64,000 bases of DNA from Camelus ferus. Taxonomy: Eukaryota. Numbering within the stretch: the first letter of the stretch is position 1; each line of letters begins with the position of its first letter. The translations under genes and the position numbers were made by a program. Shown here piece after piece: positions 61,184-64,000 of the stretch. The notes under the pieces are model-generated. The model was not told the origin of the DNA. It saw nothing but the letters and a program-made list of their open reading frames with translations, and made no database searches. The DNA lies in assembly GCF_009834535.1 (NCBI RefSeq), contig NC_045697.1:94986001-95050000 (forward strand). Direction: 5' to 3'.

Positions 61184-61479
61184 GAAAGAAAGAAAGAAAG
61201 AAAAAGAAAGGAAGGAAGAAAGGAAGGAAGAAAGAAAGAAAGAACGGAAGGAAGGAAGGACGAAAGAAAGAAAGGAGAGAGAGAGGGAGGGAGGAAGGAT
61301 GGAAGGAATGAAGGAAGGAAAAAAAGTGGGGAGGGGAGGGAAGGAAAGGAAAGGAAGGAAGGGAAAGAAAGAAAGAAAGGGAGGAGGGAGAGAAAGAAAG
61401 AAAGGGAGGAGGGAGCGAGAGAGAGAAAAAGAGAGAAAGAGAAAGGAAGGAAGGGAGGAAGGAAGGAAGAAAGGAAAAG
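61184..61479. repeat. Compound GA-rich repeat (GAAA/GGAA/GAGG)n
   Basis: About 296 bp that is almost entirely purine on the + strand. Confidence 0.97.
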
Positions 61480-61699
61480 TCCCACTCACCACTAGCTTGA
61501 TCTTTTACCTTTATTGTTAGGTTTCCCAATTCCTTTGTGTTTTATCCTCATTATCTCTTCTTCATATTATATGTGTATGAGATATTGAAGAGAAATAGAG
61601 TTCACATATATAATGCATGTTTTCTGAAATTTTTTGTTTAAATTGTTCCTATTTTAACTGCAATACAGATATATATGTATGCATAAATTTGTGTATATG

Positions 61700-62480
61700 T
61701 GTGTTTGTAACTCTATTAGCAAGATCTACATAATATTTTTCTTTATCTAGTGATTTCCTTTACAGTTAAGTGCCTAGAGCTTCCATTTTTTTACTCAAAA
61801 TACAATTTATTTTCCATGTTTTCACCTCAAACTTCTCAAAACTAACTCTTACATATTATTGCAATTATCTAAAATATTAATTCCAATTTTAAAATATTAT
61901 GTTTACTTTAAGACTTCTCAGAGTTAATTCACTTAGCTATAAATTTTGTGTGTCTCTTTACTCAACCATGTTATGTTCCTGGTATTTGGAGTTATTTCTC
62001 ATATTGCTTAAGAATAGTAATATATAATTCTATCAGGGTTTCTTAATGGTAAACTCTTATGTCTAAAAATGCCCTATTTTGTTTCTGTAATTAAATAATA
62101 CAACTGGGTAAGAATTTCAAATTTTAAAAAATTCTTTCAAAATGAAGACATCATTCCATTTCTTCTAATAAGTAGATTCACTTGACATCATCATTATTTT
62201 ATTAGTTGCCTGGTTGGTCTCCCATGGCTGGTTTCCTCCCACCCCACACTGGCTCTGATCTTTGTATTCTTTCCTTTCCTCAGTATGGAATTTTATGTTC
62301 CTCACTTTTCTTGGGCTTTATCTTCATTCTCTGCTTCATAACTTCCAGAAAGATTTTATCATTCTGATATGCTGGTTTCATCTCTCTTGCTTTCAATGGC
62401 TACTTTGAATTTGTTATTTCTTTTTCTCTATTTCATTCAGTAAGTTACATTAGATGTTGGAATGGATGAGATCTTATTTA
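61700..62480 (-). mobile_element. Old L1M/HAL1-like fragment
   Basis: 'tggtaaactctt..tgtctaaaaatgccctattttg...ctgggtaagaatt...gaagacatcattccatt' is typical of the antisense old L1 ORF1 region. Confidence 0.5.
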
Positions 62481-63494
62481 TTCAGTTAAATATCTTGGAT
62501 TTAATTTCTCCATTATGACTTAAAGTGTGCAGATTCCTTTATTTGCTTGAAGTACACTGGAGTCAACACACAAAATAGACTTCCACAGAGTATGCATGCC
62601 TCTCTCTATAATTCATTTAATTCACAGTCTTCTCTCTAATGACCAACTAGTTTCCAGAACCCTATGGCTCATGCACTGTTTTCCAAATTGAAGACTTCAG
62701 TTATACTCCAAAATTAATAATAAAAAGGATGTGGTAGCATTTATATTACCAGGAAAAGAAACTATCATTCAAATTGCAACTTAGGTCAATTAAATGTAAG
62801 AGAAATATACTCTCTTCCACAACTCAAATTTTTAACACTGGTGATTTTCAAATATTGCAAATATGAAAGAAAACACATTTTTTTTTCTCACGCTCAAATG
62901 TCAAGCGCTCACAGAGGTTTCAGGCCATATTCTGCATTGATGCAACACTATACTTTTGGGAATAACAGTGGCAGAATCATAGATATGCAGATACACTGCA
63001 AAGAGTTCATGAATTTTTCACACAGCAGATATGAACTTGTTGAATGGCAGAGTTACGGGCTGCTACAGCCAGAAGGGGTGTTTGATAATGTGTTATGTGA
63101 CATATGAAGTAACACAAAATCAATGACTTCTGTGTGGCTAGGAGTTTTTTCATACTATACTCAGCCTCAATTTATTGTTTTCCTGCCAAAAGGTGAAGTT
63201 GAACATGAACTCATTAAACAGTGCCACTTTCACAGAGAAGGGAACCAGTATAAAGGAATTAGCACAGAGACTAAGAATATTGAGGCTAAAAGCAATTGCA
63301 GTGGGTGTTTTTTAGTGTACCTGGAGGACAGATGATTGCCTTATGTCCTAGGATTGATTGCCCAGATTTGCTTATTATCTATTAAAAAACAGCAGTAGCT
63401 AGAGTAACAGAATGGCAGAAAGACAAAAATATCTCTGCACATGCAATGAATGAAATTAGTGGACTAATGAAGATTACAGAAATGGCTCACAGAC

Positions 63495-63520
63495 TGTGTG
63501 TGTGTGTGTGTGTGTGTGTG
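63495..63520. repeat. (TG)13 microsatellite
   Basis: Visible directly. Confidence 0.95.
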
Positions 63521-64000
63521 TATAATTTCTTGATCTTTTTTACTTTTTATTTATGCTTTTATGAATTTTCCAGATCTATAAAATAAGCATAAATTATTTT
63601 GCAAAAATATTTTTATTTAGTAGACGTTTTGTTATTGTGTTTGTTTCTTTTGATTATTTTAAAGGAAAAACAGAATATAATTGAGAACAAAGGGATTGAA
63701 GGAAAGGAGACATTTAAAAAAACCAGAAAAGCAGCAGTTCATCTAAGTTTTACTTCATGAAGTTTTTTCAGGTCCTTGGTGATTGAAATTTGGGCATTAA
63801 CATCAGAATTACACTGAATATCATTGTTAGTTTTCTGAGTGCAGTATTTGTAAAGTTGACTAGTTTGCATAAAATGTGTCCTTCAATATGATTTAATTCA
63901 ACTTCAAATAGATATTCTGTAGGTTGAAAAAAGAGTATTCAAGTGGAAGCCCCCTTTAAGTATTGTTATACCCAGATATCTGAACAAGAATAGTTCCACA

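Noticed and set aside
61058..61529. Five overlapping ORFs of 109-144 aa
   Set aside because: They are translations of the GA-rich simple repeat, giving low-complexity K/E/R/G or F/S/L/P peptides.
1..64000. CRISPR arrays, prokaryotic operons, tRNA/rRNA genes, CpG-island promoter
   Set aside because: No repeat-spacer array, no dense coding ORFs, no RNA gene signatures and no CpG island were seen. The sequence is mammalian non-coding DNA.

Overview
AT-rich, repeat-dense mammalian non-coding DNA, probably a long intron or gene desert. The L1 3' ends resemble cetartiodactyl and camelid families, and I saw no Alu, Bov, PRE1, CAN or ERE SINEs, so a camelid is plausible but unproven. I could not recognise any host protein-coding gene, RNA gene or CRISPR array. 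The longer ORFs are L1 ORF2 remnants, ERV remnants, LTR-internal noise or simple repeats. Much of the window is fossil transposable elements (L1, L2, CR1/L3, MIR, MaLR/ERV LTRs, hAT and Tigger). The most notable items are: (i) a class III (MER54/LTR53-family) proviral 3' end retaining a decayed gamma-type env TM with an eroded ISD/CX6CC; (ii) a young 810-bp solo LTR with a perfect 6-bp TSD; (iii) a MaLR internal region joined to ERV-L integrase/dUTPase sequence; (iv) antisense bias of L1/LTR elements together with + strand splice signals (an 81-nt exon candidate, a short exon/donor, two AG|GT recursive-splice-like sites), suggesting a + strand host transcript. Family names were assigned by eye from remembered consensus motifs. 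Boundaries are approximate unless termini or TSDs are quoted. I found no convincing wholly new biological system.
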